Shown here: one piece after another, positions 1 through 12,316 of the stretch
How the letters are laid out: each line of letters opens with the position of its first letter
Position numbering within the stretch: position 1 is the stretch's first letter
Assembly: GCA_044892505.1 (NCBI GenBank)
Contig: CM097884.1
Span: 60,140,001-60,204,000 of the forward strand
DNA: 64,000 bases
Direction: 5' to 3'
Origin: Schmidtea nova
Lineage: Eukaryota
The notes under the pieces: generated by a model
The model's database searches: none
Seen by the model: the letters and a program-made list of their open reading frames with translations, nothing else
What the model was told of the DNA's origin: nothing
Translations under genes and position numbers: made by a program

Positions 1-865
1 GAATTAAAAGAAAAGATAAAAATGCTTACTCAAATATTTAAAAAGGAACAGAAATTCCAGAAATTCTAAAATAGAAAATAATCGATAGCGATAAACTCTA
101 AATAAGATTCAGCCAATCAAAATGAATAATTAAATCGACTGAACGCATTTCAAAAGAAAACCCTATATAGTGTATTTCTAATTGTGATAGTGGAGAAAGG
201 GGGCGGGGTCCTCGAGTTTCCTAATGAGTCCTAAAATAATTTATTTTCTTCATTGAAATTTTGGTATATGGGAAAAGTTATTAAATAAATAAAAATATAT
301 ATATTTATTTATTTATTTAATAACTTTTCAAAAATACTAGATATACTAGAAAGTTTTAAAAAGCTGAAATTGGCCTAACCAAAAATGATAAGAGTAGTGA
401 AATTTATGTTCTTTAGCTAACAAAAAAATTACTTATCCCTGAAGTGATGAGTCAAAGGGTCAGTCAGGCTACAAGACGATGCGTTATAATATGTATGTAA
501 ATAATATTTACCCAACATTATCTGTTTATTTATTTATCTGTGATTCCGGAACGCTCAAAGTTTACTACGATTACTTTTTTTTATTCAATGTTTTCCACAT
601 TTTTTATTTTTGGGATTTTTTGAAGAGAGTTTATGACCATATTAATCTTGGATATACAGGATCAAGATTGAAGATGGACATTTGTTAGGTTAAAATCGTG
701 TATTCACACGAAACATTGTGTACAATGAAATTCTTTAGACTAATCATAATAAGTTGAATAAAATTCTAAGTTAAAAGTTAACAACTTTAAAAAAAAACAT
801 TTATTTTTCTTCAATTATTTAATACTAAAAAATGAAACTGCCAAAAGTGAAAAATTAACTAAGGG

Positions 866-893
866 GGCGCCTTGGCGCCTTAGAACAACCTAG
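866..893 (+). mobile_element. Helitron-like 3' terminus (hairpin + CTAG)
   Basis: GGCGCC-TT-GGCGCC hairpin (866-879) followed 10 nt later by CTAG (890-893) and a T; matches the rolling-circle Helitron 3' end signature. No 5' TC end or Rep/helicase seen. Confidence 0.45.
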
Positions 894-1326
894 TATATAT
901 ATTTAAATATATATAAAATATATATTTATATATATATAAACATGATTATTTATTATCAACTTGAAATTTTGTAAATTGTAGTTGATTTTGGAATTTAATA
1001 ATTACACTTTATTCTGGAAATATAAAGCTTAACATTGTTGGGTTAAGACAGACATAAATAAAGACGAAAATGAATAATTAATTAAGAAATGACAATAATC
1101 AAAGAAAAACATTAAGTTAATAATAAAACAAGCGAAGAATAATCAATAAAGAAAAAGAATACAATTAAAACAAATAAATAAAATTAGAAATCGACCAAAA
1201 GTGACAAAATCACGAAATTGAGCAGAAATTAGAAAAACAAAGAAAATTAAGGAAAATAAATGCAATTAATAAAGGAAATAAAAGAAAAATAATAAAATAT
1301 AATATAATAATATTACGAATCGGGTC

Positions 1327-1390
1327 ATTGGACCAATGAAACAGTGGCTCAATTTTGATTGGCCGACTTAGCGTCAATTTTACTATATAA
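1327..1390 (+). promoter_or_regulatory. Pol II core promoter: three CCAAT boxes + TATA box
   Basis: ATTGG 1327-1331, CCAAT 1333-1337, ATTGG 1358-1362, TATATAA 1384-1390. Followed by GTAAGT...ATAG (1567-1644) and GTAAC...TTCTTTAG (2096-2178) intron-like segments. Confidence 0.55.
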
Positions 1391-2479
1391 GGAGACGCTC
1401 AGGACAGCATTTTAATGTCATTTATACCCGAAAAAGTCATTGTCACTACAAAAATCTGTCAGTTCACACCATACACCAGTAACAGTTTCACATCCAGCAT
1501 ATACTTACATAAACAACATTCGGATGGAGAACCAGTCGATTTTGATCATCATGAGCAGAACACATTGTAAGTATTTTGTTATGATATAAATAAAAATTTT
1601 ATAACCAAAGCACACTCGTTTTCATATGTTTTATTTCAACATAGATAATGTGAGAGTTTGGCGATCCCGTTGATTGTCAGCTCTCCGGGGTGATCTCTCC
1701 TTGTTTCGTGTCTCGGCACGGGGCGAAGATAGGTTGCTCTGTAAAGACCTTTTTATCGCACCGGCAGTAAACGAAGAGTGAATGTCAGAAACTGTAGTAG
1801 CGTTTAAAAATTTTCGAATTCAATATCCACGTGTAGGAAACAATATATAAGACATGTAATAGTGATGAGCGTCGAAAGGTAAAAATCACAAACTTCAAAC
1901 GATATCAATGACAACCACGACCATTGAGAATTTTGATGAAGGAGAGCATACGAGACGGAAATCAGGTCGCGAGTTTTCCGGGTTTATAAATTTCGCTATA
2001 ACCTGACAAAACATTGCGTAGAAATGGTGAGCGTTCAAACGAGAATTGTATTTCCAACGTGCGATCGATACCCATGATTTGCCGAACCTGATTAGGTAAC
2101 CCCCGTTAAGTGAATTTCAATTATTATTAAAGGCCAATCGATTATTCCATCTTAATAAGAATAATAAATTTTCTTTAGCAATTCTATGATGGAATCAAGT
2201 ATACCCAAATAGTTGAAGCGGTCTTGTTTCCCAGTTGTCTAAAATCTCTACTCATCTTCCCTACATGAATTACGTCATAAATCAGGAGCGACGATCTAGT
2301 CAGTTTTGCACAACATGTAGATAAGGTGCACAGTAGGCAGCAAACGAATTAATTCCAACTTATCTGACAATGAATCAGCGATATTGATAAGAGAATAGCG
2401 GGAAAATGTCCTCGAGAAATGTGTACCAATTAATCTCAAATTAAATGCCGGCGTTTACAACAACCATTTAGTGTTATCA

Positions 2480-2872
2480 ATGCCCCTCAAGAAGATACCA
2501 ACCGAACTGGCCAGAGACATTTTCGCCGAACATAGAACGGAATTTGAGCAAACGAGGGCTACTCCTCCGTTCAGTCTGTTTAAAGATAGCCCATCGGAGG
2601 TAATCTGGCACGGCAGTAAGGAATGGCCGATCGATGTGGATCGCCCCTACTGGCCCAACCAAGCAAGGTATTTCGTGGAGATTCCCGGAAGATTCCACGT
2701 GTACTACAAGTGGGAGATACCCCAAGTCGAGTTCTTAAATACGGGGCGATTCGTGTTTGCTCCCACTCCAACGCCAAGCCCGACCGACTCACCGTTTAGT
2801 CCCTCGACGCTCAGTGAATTCAAAGGAAGCAGTAGTCAAGTTAAGATCCTTGGCGAATACTATATATTTTAA
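2480..2872 (+). CDS. Orphan ORF (~130 aa) inside the 3.2-kb element; possibly the surviving 3' part of a decayed longer spliced ORF
   Basis: Open, protein-like GC-richer frame (MPLKKIPTELARDIF...RYFVEIPGRFHVYYKWEIP), AATAAA ~80 nt downstream. No family recognised. Confidence 0.35.
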   Translation: MPLKKIPTELARDIFAEHRTEFEQTRATPPFSLFKDSPSEVIWHGSKEWPIDVDRPYWPNQARYFVEIPGRFHVYYKWEIPQVEFLNTGRFVFAPTPTPSPTDSPFSPSTLSEFKGSSSQVKILGEYYIF

Positions 2873-3285
2873 ACTGTGTGATCACTGTCGTAATTAATTA
2901 TATGTTCCGTCGTTGTTATTCAATTATCTTTGGACAGTAAAACTTGGTGTAGATAAATAAAATCCTAATAGTAAATAAGTCTGCGGGTAACCTAAATAAA
3001 TAAATTAACAAAAGTACGGACAACAAAGTAGAAACGTACATTATTAACAATTGACTTAGCTAAGTAAAAGTATTGTACAAGGAAAGTGTCGTATGTAATG
3101 AACGGGGACCAGTTATATAAATGTCCAGGAACTAGGTAACCTAGAGTAGCTACCCGCCGGGAATGACAAACAAGTTGAATAAAACTCTATAAGCCCCAAG
3201 CAAGAGTAGGCTATAAATCCCTCGCTTTGTGGTTAAATATAATTTGACTGTTACGAATGTGTTTTTCTATCTTCCAGTAGGAACA

Positions 3286-3639
3286 ATGGCCATCAATGAA
3301 AAGATAATCGGACAGCTGAAGAGAAGGATCATTGACGTTGAGAGCAGTTACTTCTCACCGACGGAAATGAAGAAGGTAAATGAAAAATTGATCAGGGCGA
3401 CGCAAGTAATACAAGACCAGAGAAAGGAGATAGACGCTTTGAAAATTGAATTGAAGAACTGCCGATCGTTCATAACGGAGAAGTTCATAACATAAAATCT
3501 TCAAAGATTAATTCGCCCGATAACCTTGGAAAAGTGGTTTCTCACGCCAGATCCATCAACGAGTACCGAAATTGAGACGACAATAATGCAGCCGACAAAG
3601 CGAAAACGAAGGAAATCGCATGCGCAACGCCGACAATAA
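3286..3639 (+). pseudogene. Coiled-coil ORF with basic NLS-like tail, interrupted by one in-frame TAA
   Basis: ATG 3286 just after a pyrimidine-rich ...CTTCCAG acceptor (3277). MAINEKIIGQLKRRII... reaches TAA 3493-3495; the same frame stays open for 47 more codons ending PTKRKRRKSHAQRRQ* (3639). Confidence 0.4.
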
Positions 3640-3753
3640 ATGAAGTTGAAGATCGAGATCGAAGCTAACAAAGGGATCATCGAAGCTAACATTTCCCGAG
3701 CGAAGGACTAAAAACACCAAAATTAAATATATTTCCAACTGTGATGTTATGTG

Positions 3754-3792
3754 AATAAATATATGTATATAAATAAAAATGTGTTGTTGTTT
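3754..3792 (+). terminator. Polyadenylation signal(s) with GT-rich downstream element
   Basis: AATAAA at 3754-3759 and 3772-3777 followed by GTGTTGTTGTTT (3781-3792). Confidence 0.45.
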
Positions 3793-5959
3793 ATTGGATA
3801 AAGTACAAGTTAGAGTAAATGCTAAAGAGAGTAATAGTGAATCGTAAACTTAATCCGAACTAACTTGTAAAACGGTAAGGAATAAGGTAGCCAGTAGGAA
3901 ATAATAAAGTAATAGGCTGAAGGTTAAGATATGAGATAAGAAGCGAACACCCAAAAAGAGAGACCTAAACGCAGGGTGAGGAGAAATAGAACAAGACCTT
4001 CTATCGGTCAAGCTAGAACCCGAACGATGCGACAGGTCAGGAGTAGTTCTTATAAAGGAGCTCACCTGCTGACTTGCAATCGGCTGTTATACACAGTTCC
4101 AACGTGAATGATTAGGGTAATTCACGGGTGTATGAACAGTTAAGCTTTTATGTGTGTGTTGGACCCTAGAGAGCAAGGAAGTACAAATCAGGAAGAGAAA
4201 GTCCAAAAATCAGAAAGTCAATTCAGATTTTGAATTTTGATTACAACACACCAACAACATTAATGACATTGATAAGATCAATCTTGATCGGCTGAATTTT
4301 TCTAGAACGAATTTTTCTAGAAAACAAAAGCATAATCATTAAAGAAATTTTATTCTAATAAAATAAATGTTTCATCACAGATAGCGTTTAAATAGAATTT
4401 GTTCTAACAAAATCACAACTGATTTAATTACAGATCACATTTTATTAGAATGGACAATTGACCAGATCAAAAATAAATGAGATTCACATAAAATAATTCA
4501 TATTCTTACAAAGTCAATAACAAATTTCTTTCAACTCTTTCATTTAAGGAGCCAGTTTGATGGAAATGAAAATTCTTTGACATTTACCGCTAAACCTGAT
4601 AGTTACTTCAATTATATTTTACCTACTTTAATAAGTAATATAAAATTCTGAATCTGTATTTATAATTAATTTCCAAAGAATTTCTAAAATACTAAAAATG
4701 TTGAAGTATAAATAGGAATTTATGGCCTACAGTTTATTTATTATATAAAATGAAATTATTAACATTATTATGAAATTATTTCTGTTTAATTTACTGTCAC
4801 TACTTTATGCTTATTCCAGTACTCAGGAAGTTTCTTAATCCCAGAAAGGTTTTTTGACCATGCTGACTAATTTCTTCATTGGAATTGAAATTATATTTTT
4901 CTAAAAATTCTTATAGTTGCACCAAAGATATTATAGTTTGATATGGACTAAATGAAGAATGAGTTTAGATATTCTTTTGTTTTCGGTATTTCTTGCAAAT
5001 TTCGTAAAAAAAGTTCCAATTAGTTTCCCAAATAAGAATGCTATTAGTAATGAGTATGAAAACTTGTCTTAATACTTATCGTATCGCCACAGAAGTCATA
5101 TAAATATAAATATATAAATATATATATGCAACCTATATTCTTTCTTTGTGTTCAAAATTCAAAAGACTAAAAAACACCTAGCACTAACTTTGTTAAATTA
5201 AATTATATTAGGCTTCTACACTACTAACACTAAAGTTTTTAAACCATTTCTCCAACAGCAATTATCTGATTTTTTAATAAGTGCTGCAACGAAAGTCTGT
5301 ATGTTTTGTTGGATGATGTTCCTGACAGCCGAACAAATGAATTATTTACATCTCTTTCGACATCCTCACTGAAAGACTAGACCATTGTCGAGTAACCAAG
5401 CACATTGGTGAGTCATATGGAAATTTTGAGTGCGTAGTAAAAAGCTTTGAAAAATGTAAGCGCTTTTAAACTTAATAATATAAAAAAATTAAGTTTTATT
5501 TTTTGCGCCAGAAATCATATAATATCGAATAAAAGAAATAAATTTGTTTTATATAAAATGACACAACTTGTCAATTCATTGCTTCCTAAATATAGACAAA
5601 TTTTGATAAATTATAAATTATCTTTAAATCTCTATATATAAAATGCCACTACTTGGCCATCGCGTGTCCCTCAGTCAAACCAAGACTAAATTTTTTCAGA
5701 ACGTTTGTGAAAAACAGTTTTTCACTAGACAAAATTATTTGATCTTATTTGTGAGTATTTTTTGATAGGTTTTTATCTGAACAGTAAGCTTAATTAAACT
5801 TTATAAAAAAATTACGTGTTTATATTTAACATTGCCATTCAATTGCCCAGGTGGAAAAAAATCTAATTCGAAAAGATGCAAGTGATAAAAAAGATAAGCC
5901 AAACTAGAAAAGTAAAAACAAGAAAATTATGCAATCTTCGTCAAAAGGAAAAAATGAAA

Positions 5960-6450
5960 ATATAATGACGAATAACAGATGAATACATAGCATTCGAAAA
6001 TAATTCATCACTGTCGGTTTTTCTCATTTCCTTAAAGACTTTCAGCAACGAATCAATTATAACAAATACAGTGTATTTAATACACCATCGTGAACAAATT
6101 AACAAATCAATTCAATCCTAAAAAATCAAGAAATATGTAATTGAATCTCATCAAGGACAAATTTATAGCTTTTTGATTACTCAAATCATTGCAAGAAAGA
6201 AAGTCATACGATGAAGCTGAAGAAATCATTTTCCCCAACTTTAAGAATTGCAGCTGAATGTTCCATTTGAAAAATTTAAGAACATTCCACTATCATCAAA
6301 AACAGTTGCCTGAAGAATTTAGGATAAGTGAGATGACATTGAAAAGCAGCTTAATGAATGCTTCACTGTTTCTTGGATAAAACGAAAGCATGCATATTAG
6401 CGGTTAATCTCAGTTGTTGGCATTTTTAAGATTCGTCCAATGAGGAATAT
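5960..6450 (+). pseudogene. hAT (Buster/Charlie/ZBED5-like) transposase remnant
   Basis: Frame at 6278-6353 reads KNIPLSSKTVA*RI*DK*DDIEKQL, resembling the IPLSxxTVxRRI..M..DIE.QL block of Buster-type hATs; many stops and frameshifts. Confidence 0.55.
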
Positions 6451-8036
6451 TGTCAAGAAATGCAAAAGAACAACAACTGGCAAACACAAACAAATATATA
6501 ACAATTTATGTAACGTGGTTTAAAAGTTAGCAATTCAAACTTTGGATCGTTTCCGACGGTCAACTTTAAATATTGGGAATCTCATATCAAACGAGAAATT
6601 GGAGAAACCTTGTCATAAGTATTCCTCAAATAATTTTAGTATCTGGATTTGTAAGAAATGGAATAGGTAGTTAACCCTTTCTTCAAGTTTGTAGTCAGAA
6701 ATCTTGAAGATAAAGAAAATAATCCCCTCTATTAAAGGAATGGACTTCGTTTTCAAAAGAATCTTCTCTGAAAAAGAGCTTTCGGAGATCTCTGAACAGT
6801 AAATTTCCTTGAGTAATTAAATAATAGAATCTTGAATTTGGAAGCTCTTGTCGTTGCGAGCATGAATTTTCTGTGCTCATGAAAATGAAGTCAAAAAACG
6901 CGAAAAACTCCATATTGTCGAGTTTATCTTTCTAAAATTGAGTCTCACATAAAACTCATTTAGTAGGTAGCTATGTACATCACGCAAACAAAAGAAATGG
7001 AGTCATCGATGAGTCATAGCCAATGAAAATCAAGCGAGCACCTATCCATAATTTTTTTTGCGAGACACCAACCATATTTTTTTACGAAATCCCCCTTAGC
7101 TTTAACCTCAAAGTTTTTCTATAGATAGAAGTGAGCCAACGATGATTAATCTATGTCAAGTACAAAAATTTTCAAAAAAAAACAGAATCAATTTTCCCGT
7201 TTGTTAAATTAATCATTTATTAATCACTTAATATTTTTTTGTTTTCCCACGAAAAGTTGGTGGGATTGAAATGATATATTTCTCGGCATCGGACACAATG
7301 ATCTGTAGACTTGATATGATTGATTAATATTTACTTTAAATAACAGACCAACAATCAAATTTATTATAAATATTTCTTATTTCATTTTATTAATAATCAT
7401 AAATTTTCAAGTATTTATACAAATTTATCCAAGATTTGTGTAAGTATTGCAACTAATGTGAATGGAAAACAAAGACATTGCAAAACAACTGCATGTCATA
7501 AAGATCATTTGTAAACCCGTACTTTAGGAACCCATCATATTCAGTCATTAACTAGAAATTAAATCAACTATGAAATTAGCACTATGAAACTTCAAAACAC
7601 CAATAATGAAAGACCGTTTAATTAGAAATAAACCCCATCACGAAAAAAATTCAAATAAATAAATTAAAAGAGACCTAGGCGTAATAATGAAATAAAAAGA
7701 TCAAGTTAACCTCACTTTCAGTTTTACTTTAACGTTCAAAACTTTAAATGTGAAATACGCTAGTGAATTGAAACTGTCAATGATCTTTTTGTTTGTCATC
7801 TTTTAACTTCGTAATTTATACATAATTGTCCGCATTAATTGGACTAAACTGATATATGAAATGATATATAAAAACTTATATTTTAAATTTCATTATATTT
7901 AACGAAAAATGAGAAGATTAAATACGAAATCATAAACAATTTTTAATAAATAGCAGTGTAATAATTTCAATTTTTATGTTACATTAAAAATTAATTGTAC
8001 TTCGGCTTATTGAGAATCTACAAATAAATGTAAATG

Positions 8037-9151
8037 AGTAGTTACGTGGACTCCACAACAAAGGAAATGACGTCATCGACGAGTCTCAGTCAATGAAAAT
8101 CGAGTAACCCCATTAATTTTTTTGCGTCATCAATGATATCATCATTAAATTTTTCATTGTGTAATCGATGATAAATTATATATTAAAAATTATTTATTAT
8201 TTTAAAAATATATTGGAGTAAGTGGGATTTTTTTCACCTTTAATTTGTTTTTCTGAAGCATAAAAGCAACTATGGTGAACGACCATGATCCAACTTAATT
8301 GGATGCCTCTGAGATGATAGAATAAATTTTTACTATTCATTATTTAATTTCGGTCATAGTACTTATGACGATGTCTTGACGACATGGCATATTTATGTAA
8401 AAACTACGTTGTTTATGATGTCTTGGTAGCTAGTTACCCTTCATGACCAGATCTTAGTGATCCCAACTTCTTACCAACTTGGTGGTAACAATAACCCCTG
8501 TGGACTCATAAATTACCCAATATGTCTTTTAAACACAGGCATTTAATCTCCGCTTTTTAAGATTAGCATTATTAAAGTACATATTCTCTCTTTTTATATA
8601 AATTCATAATAAAGCTTTTTATTAATAATAAAGAAATATGTAATAATAATTATAAAAATAAAAAAATAATAATAATAATTATTATAAAATTTTTTTGAAA
8701 AAAATAGTAATAATAATACTTAAAAAATAATAATTAATAATAATAAATATTTAAATAAATAAGTAATAATAAAAATATTATGAATTAAAATTGAATAATA
8801 AAAATAATTATAATAAGTAATAATTAAAGAACAATGTTAATTAATAAAATAATATTAATTTAAAAAATATTAAAAAGTAATAATAAAATTGATATGTAAA
8901 ATTCAGGTATTCAAAATAATAGAGTCAAAAAAAAATTGACGGTGAACATTAACCCTATATGTTGAATTTTTAAAGTTTGTAAAATTTTTAAAATAAATTT
9001 TTAATATTGCATCACTTATTTTGTAATCAAAATTTTGATGCTGACGTTAATTGAAAAGTTATTGAAAATTTTGGGGGCTGCTCGATTTTAATTGGTTGTG
9101 ACTCATCGATGAGATCATTCTTTTGTTGTGGAGTCCACATAATTACCTACT
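8037..9151. mobile_element. MITE-like element with ~95-bp imperfect terminal inverted repeats; third copy of the TIR at 6961-7050
   Basis: 8037-8125 (gtggactccacaacaaa...tcatcgacgagtc...caatgaaaatcgag) is the reverse complement of ~9075-9151; related direct copy at 6961-7050; interior AT-rich and non-coding. Confidence 0.55.
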
Positions 9152-9649
9152 AATTTATCAAAATAAGTGTATGTATGTGTTCTGATTTTTAGCATTCAAT
9201 TTAAGTAAAAAAAAATAATTACATATTTTGAAATATTTTTCTTTTCTGATACGTTTAAGACACAATAAGGCTCAAAGCTATTTAAGATTCAAAAAAATAT
9301 TTGAAAGAGACCAATCTTATAAGCAATTATTGTTATTTTAGGTGATTGAAATCATCATAATCGTCGTGTTTTTCAGTTACACAGTGAACTTTCAAAATAG
9401 AAATAGTCTAAATGAAAATTCAGATAAAAGGATAAATTATTTAGGAACTTTGATTGCTTTTTCAATATTCTTTCTCTTTATTTCTTTTTAGAATATAGAT
9501 CAATCTTTTTGTATTATAGATAAAAATGAATTTTAAGTAGTCTTTTTCAAGTGCTCATTTGTCTCTCTGTTATGAGATTTTAATATTCAAAAATACTAAT
9601 TACAAAAATAAAATCACTCAACTAATTGAAAATAATTTTAAGAAATATC

Positions 9650-10370
9650 GATTATAAGCTCCATTTAACTTCGAGACATAAAATTACACCTTGATTATAT
9701 TTTTTTTGGTTTAAAATTTTTTAAATCAATTAAATTCATTATAAAAATATAAATAAAAAATAATTGTATTCAAAAAAAATATCATTCTAACTAAAATCAT
9801 GGATGCAAACTCCGGCCCACTATGCAATTTTTAAAAATTCCAGTTTAAGGTTGGGTGGTGCCCAATATCACATGCACGCCTATGACTGGAACTCTTATAC
9901 ATAAAAATCCATCACAGACAGACATTTTAAAACATGTCTCTAATTTCATTGCCGAGACTTTAAAGGAATTTTTGCATTATTTATTTTGATATAATGATAA
10001 TGATGCAGAAAAAACATTTTGTGCCAATTTAATTGATTCCATCAATTGATTGTTTTTGTTTCACATTTGTTTCTAAAGTAATTTAGATCTTATACGGCCT
10101 GCGACCCAAACTTTTGTGCACCCATGATTTATATCAATAATAAATTCATTTAAAATATAATAAAATAGTCTCACTCAAAATAATAAACAAAAGCTGTATT
10201 TATCAAAATTGGAAAAATCTTGGCATAGCATACAAATAATGATTTCAGAGTTCTCAAATATTTTGATTTATTATCAAGTAAATAGTTTAAATTATTTGGT
10301 TACCAAAATCCATGTTTCCTGTCAAAATATCAAAAATAAAATGTTTATAGAAAATGACTGAAAAATCTCA
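9650..10370 (+). repeat. ~730-bp dispersed repeat, copy 1 (copy 2 at 54054-54790)
   Basis: Colinear match by eye, roughly 90% identity, e.g. ggatgcaaactccgg...ttgggtggtg.ccaatatcacatgcacgcctatgactggaactc in both copies. Confidence 0.85.
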
Positions 10371-10448
10371 AAATTGATTTAGATGTACCAAATTAGCAGC
10401 GGTCAATCATAAAATAAGATTTTTGGTAAAAAATCTAATTTTTTAGTA

Positions 10449-10647
10449 ATATCAATAATTTTCATCTTTGTATGACTAAAGAATAAAATATTTATTTGAT
10501 TTTTTGTTGTTAAGTGTACAATATTTTGGCACAGCCTTTATCGAGCGCATGCAATACACATTTGAAAAAGACTGTACGAAATATTGTACACTTAACAGTC
10601 AAAAAACCCAAAAACCATTTTTGATTTATTATGAAAATTATTGATAT
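10449..10647. repeat. Small palindromic/foldback MITE; related fragment near 39940-40025
   Basis: atatcaataattttcat / atgaaaattattgatat and tgttaagtgtacaatattt / aaatattgtacacttaaca nested inverted arms. gataaaggctgtgcc near 39945 is the reverse complement of the core. Confidence 0.65.
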
Positions 10648-11023
10648 AAATAAAAAGAGATCAAAGGTGAAACTAAAAGATAATTATTAGGTTATTTTTT
10701 ATATTTTAGTTTTTAAAAGTTTTTGTAAATGAGGAAATTATTGAATGAATATTTTCCTTTTGTAATTTGTAATTAAAGTTTCAAAATTAATCGTTTATTT
10801 TTTTATTTCCATTTTTCATTTTTGGTTGATTGATTTAAAAAAAAATATGGAAGAAGATATTGTTGCTTAGGTTATGAAGATTGGTTATTTTAATTGTAAA
10901 TGAAGATTTATCAAAATGTTATTATCAAGCATTAAAAAATTCGGATCATGTAAAAAATACGCCCCGTCCTGTGCTCATGTAAAAAGTAGGCCCCGAAATA
11001 TTAAAAAAAATCAAATTAAAAAT

Positions 11024-11485
11024 NNNNNNNNNNNNNNNNNNNNNNNNNNNNNNNNNNNNNNNNNNNNNNNNNNNNNNNNNNNNNNNNNNNNNNNNNNNNN
11101 NNNNNNNNNNNNNNNNNNNNNNNNNNNNNNNNNNNNNNNNNNNNNNNNNNNNNNNNNNNNNNNNNNNNNNNNNNNNNNNNNNNNNNNNNNNNNNNNNNNN
11201 NNNNNNNNNNNNNNNNNNNNNNNNNNNNNNNNNNNNNNNNNNNNNNNNNNNNNNNNNNNNNNNNNNNNNNNNNNNNNNNNNNNNNNNNNNNNNNNNNNNN
11301 NNNNNNNNNNNNNNNNNNNNNNNNNNNNNNNNNNNNNNNNNNNNNNNNNNNNNNNNNNNNNNNNNNNNNNNNNNNNNNNNNNNNNNNNNNNNNNNNNNNN
11401 NNNNNNNNNNNNNNNNNNNNNNNNNNNNNNNNNNNNNNNNNNNNNNNNNNNNNNNNNNNNNNNNNNNNNNNNNNNNNNNNNNNNN
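11024..11485. other. Assembly gap (further gaps at 19917-20055, 21862-22010, 36647-36844, 40819-40960)
   Basis: Runs of N; joins across these gaps depend on scaffolding. Confidence 0.99.
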
Positions 11486-11946
11486 ATTATTATTATCATT
11501 AATATTGTTTTTATTATTATTATTTTTATTATAGTTACTATTACTATTATTACTTTTTATTTTTTTTATTATCATTATTATTATTATTATTGTCATTAAT
11601 TATTATTATTATTATTATTATAAAAATTAAAAAATAAAAAGTATTAATTAACATGTAAAAATTCAATAGTTATTTTTAATTATAGTAATGTGTTAATTTT
11701 GTTAATTTGTTTTAAGCTTAAATTATTTTATTATTAAAGCATCTTAAGTATTACGTTCCCAATAGTTTACAAAACCCTTGAGCAAATCAATTATTTTCTC
11801 TTTTTATAAAATATCTATTTAACAACTAAAAAAGAATTTATAATACAACTTAAGTCTCGAATATGTTGAGGAACAAAGTATACATCTTGATTTATAGACA
11901 AAATTTCGGAAAATTAAATATTTTTAATTTTTAAAATAAAGTTTAA

Positions 11947-12316
11947 CCCTTTCAGGACGGGCGTATATATATAGTAACTCGAATATCTTGAGAACGGATT
12001 AACAATTTTTTTATTTAGGAATCGTTTGAAAGATAATTAAAAGATGCACATTTTGATATATAGCATGACCTACTTTAAAAAAATTAAAAATTTTTGATAT
12101 TTTTTCCTATTGTAAAATCACATCCTGTTCAAAAAATCAATAAATTGAGAAGTTTTTATAAAAAAAGTTTTATTTTTTGAATTTTATATATGAAATGGAT
12201 AATTCTAGCTCTACTATTTCTAAAATTTTTTGTGATGAAGATTCTGGTTCTGAAACTGAATAAAAAACACTTATTTTTTTAAAAACTTTCTTTTAAAAAA
12301 TCCCGTCCTTAAAGGG
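11947..12316. mobile_element. piggyBac-type MITE (370 bp)
   Basis: TTAA|CCCTTTCAGGACGGG ... CCCGTCCTTAAAGGG|TTAA: 15-bp TIRs with 1 mismatch, CCC/GGG ends, TTAA target duplication (11943-11946, 12317-12320). Confidence 0.88.

Larger units (their letters stand above)
1036..4256 (+). mobile_element. 3.2-kb TG...CA element with 4-bp TSD; candidate giant solo LTR carrying ORFs
   Basis: Starts TGTTGG (1036), ends CCAACA (4251-4256), flanked by ACAT (1032-1035 and 4257-4260). Interior is GC-richer than the flanks. No internal direct repeat pair, RT, integrase or transposase motif found. Confidence 0.6.

Noticed and set aside
3493-3495. Alternative genetic code or read-through explaining in-frame stops here and at 51676 and in Gypsy ORFs
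   Set aside because: All three stop codons and frameshifts occur in decayed elements, while intact Polinton and PCIF1-like ORFs use standard stops.
1036-4256. Ginger or other TIR DNA transposon
   Set aside because: Terminal inversion is only 6 bp and no DDE transposase is present; a solo-LTR model fits better but is unproven.
10916-11599. ORFs spanning N-runs (also ~19906, 21796, 36538, 40694)
   Set aside because: Open only because N codons contain no stops.
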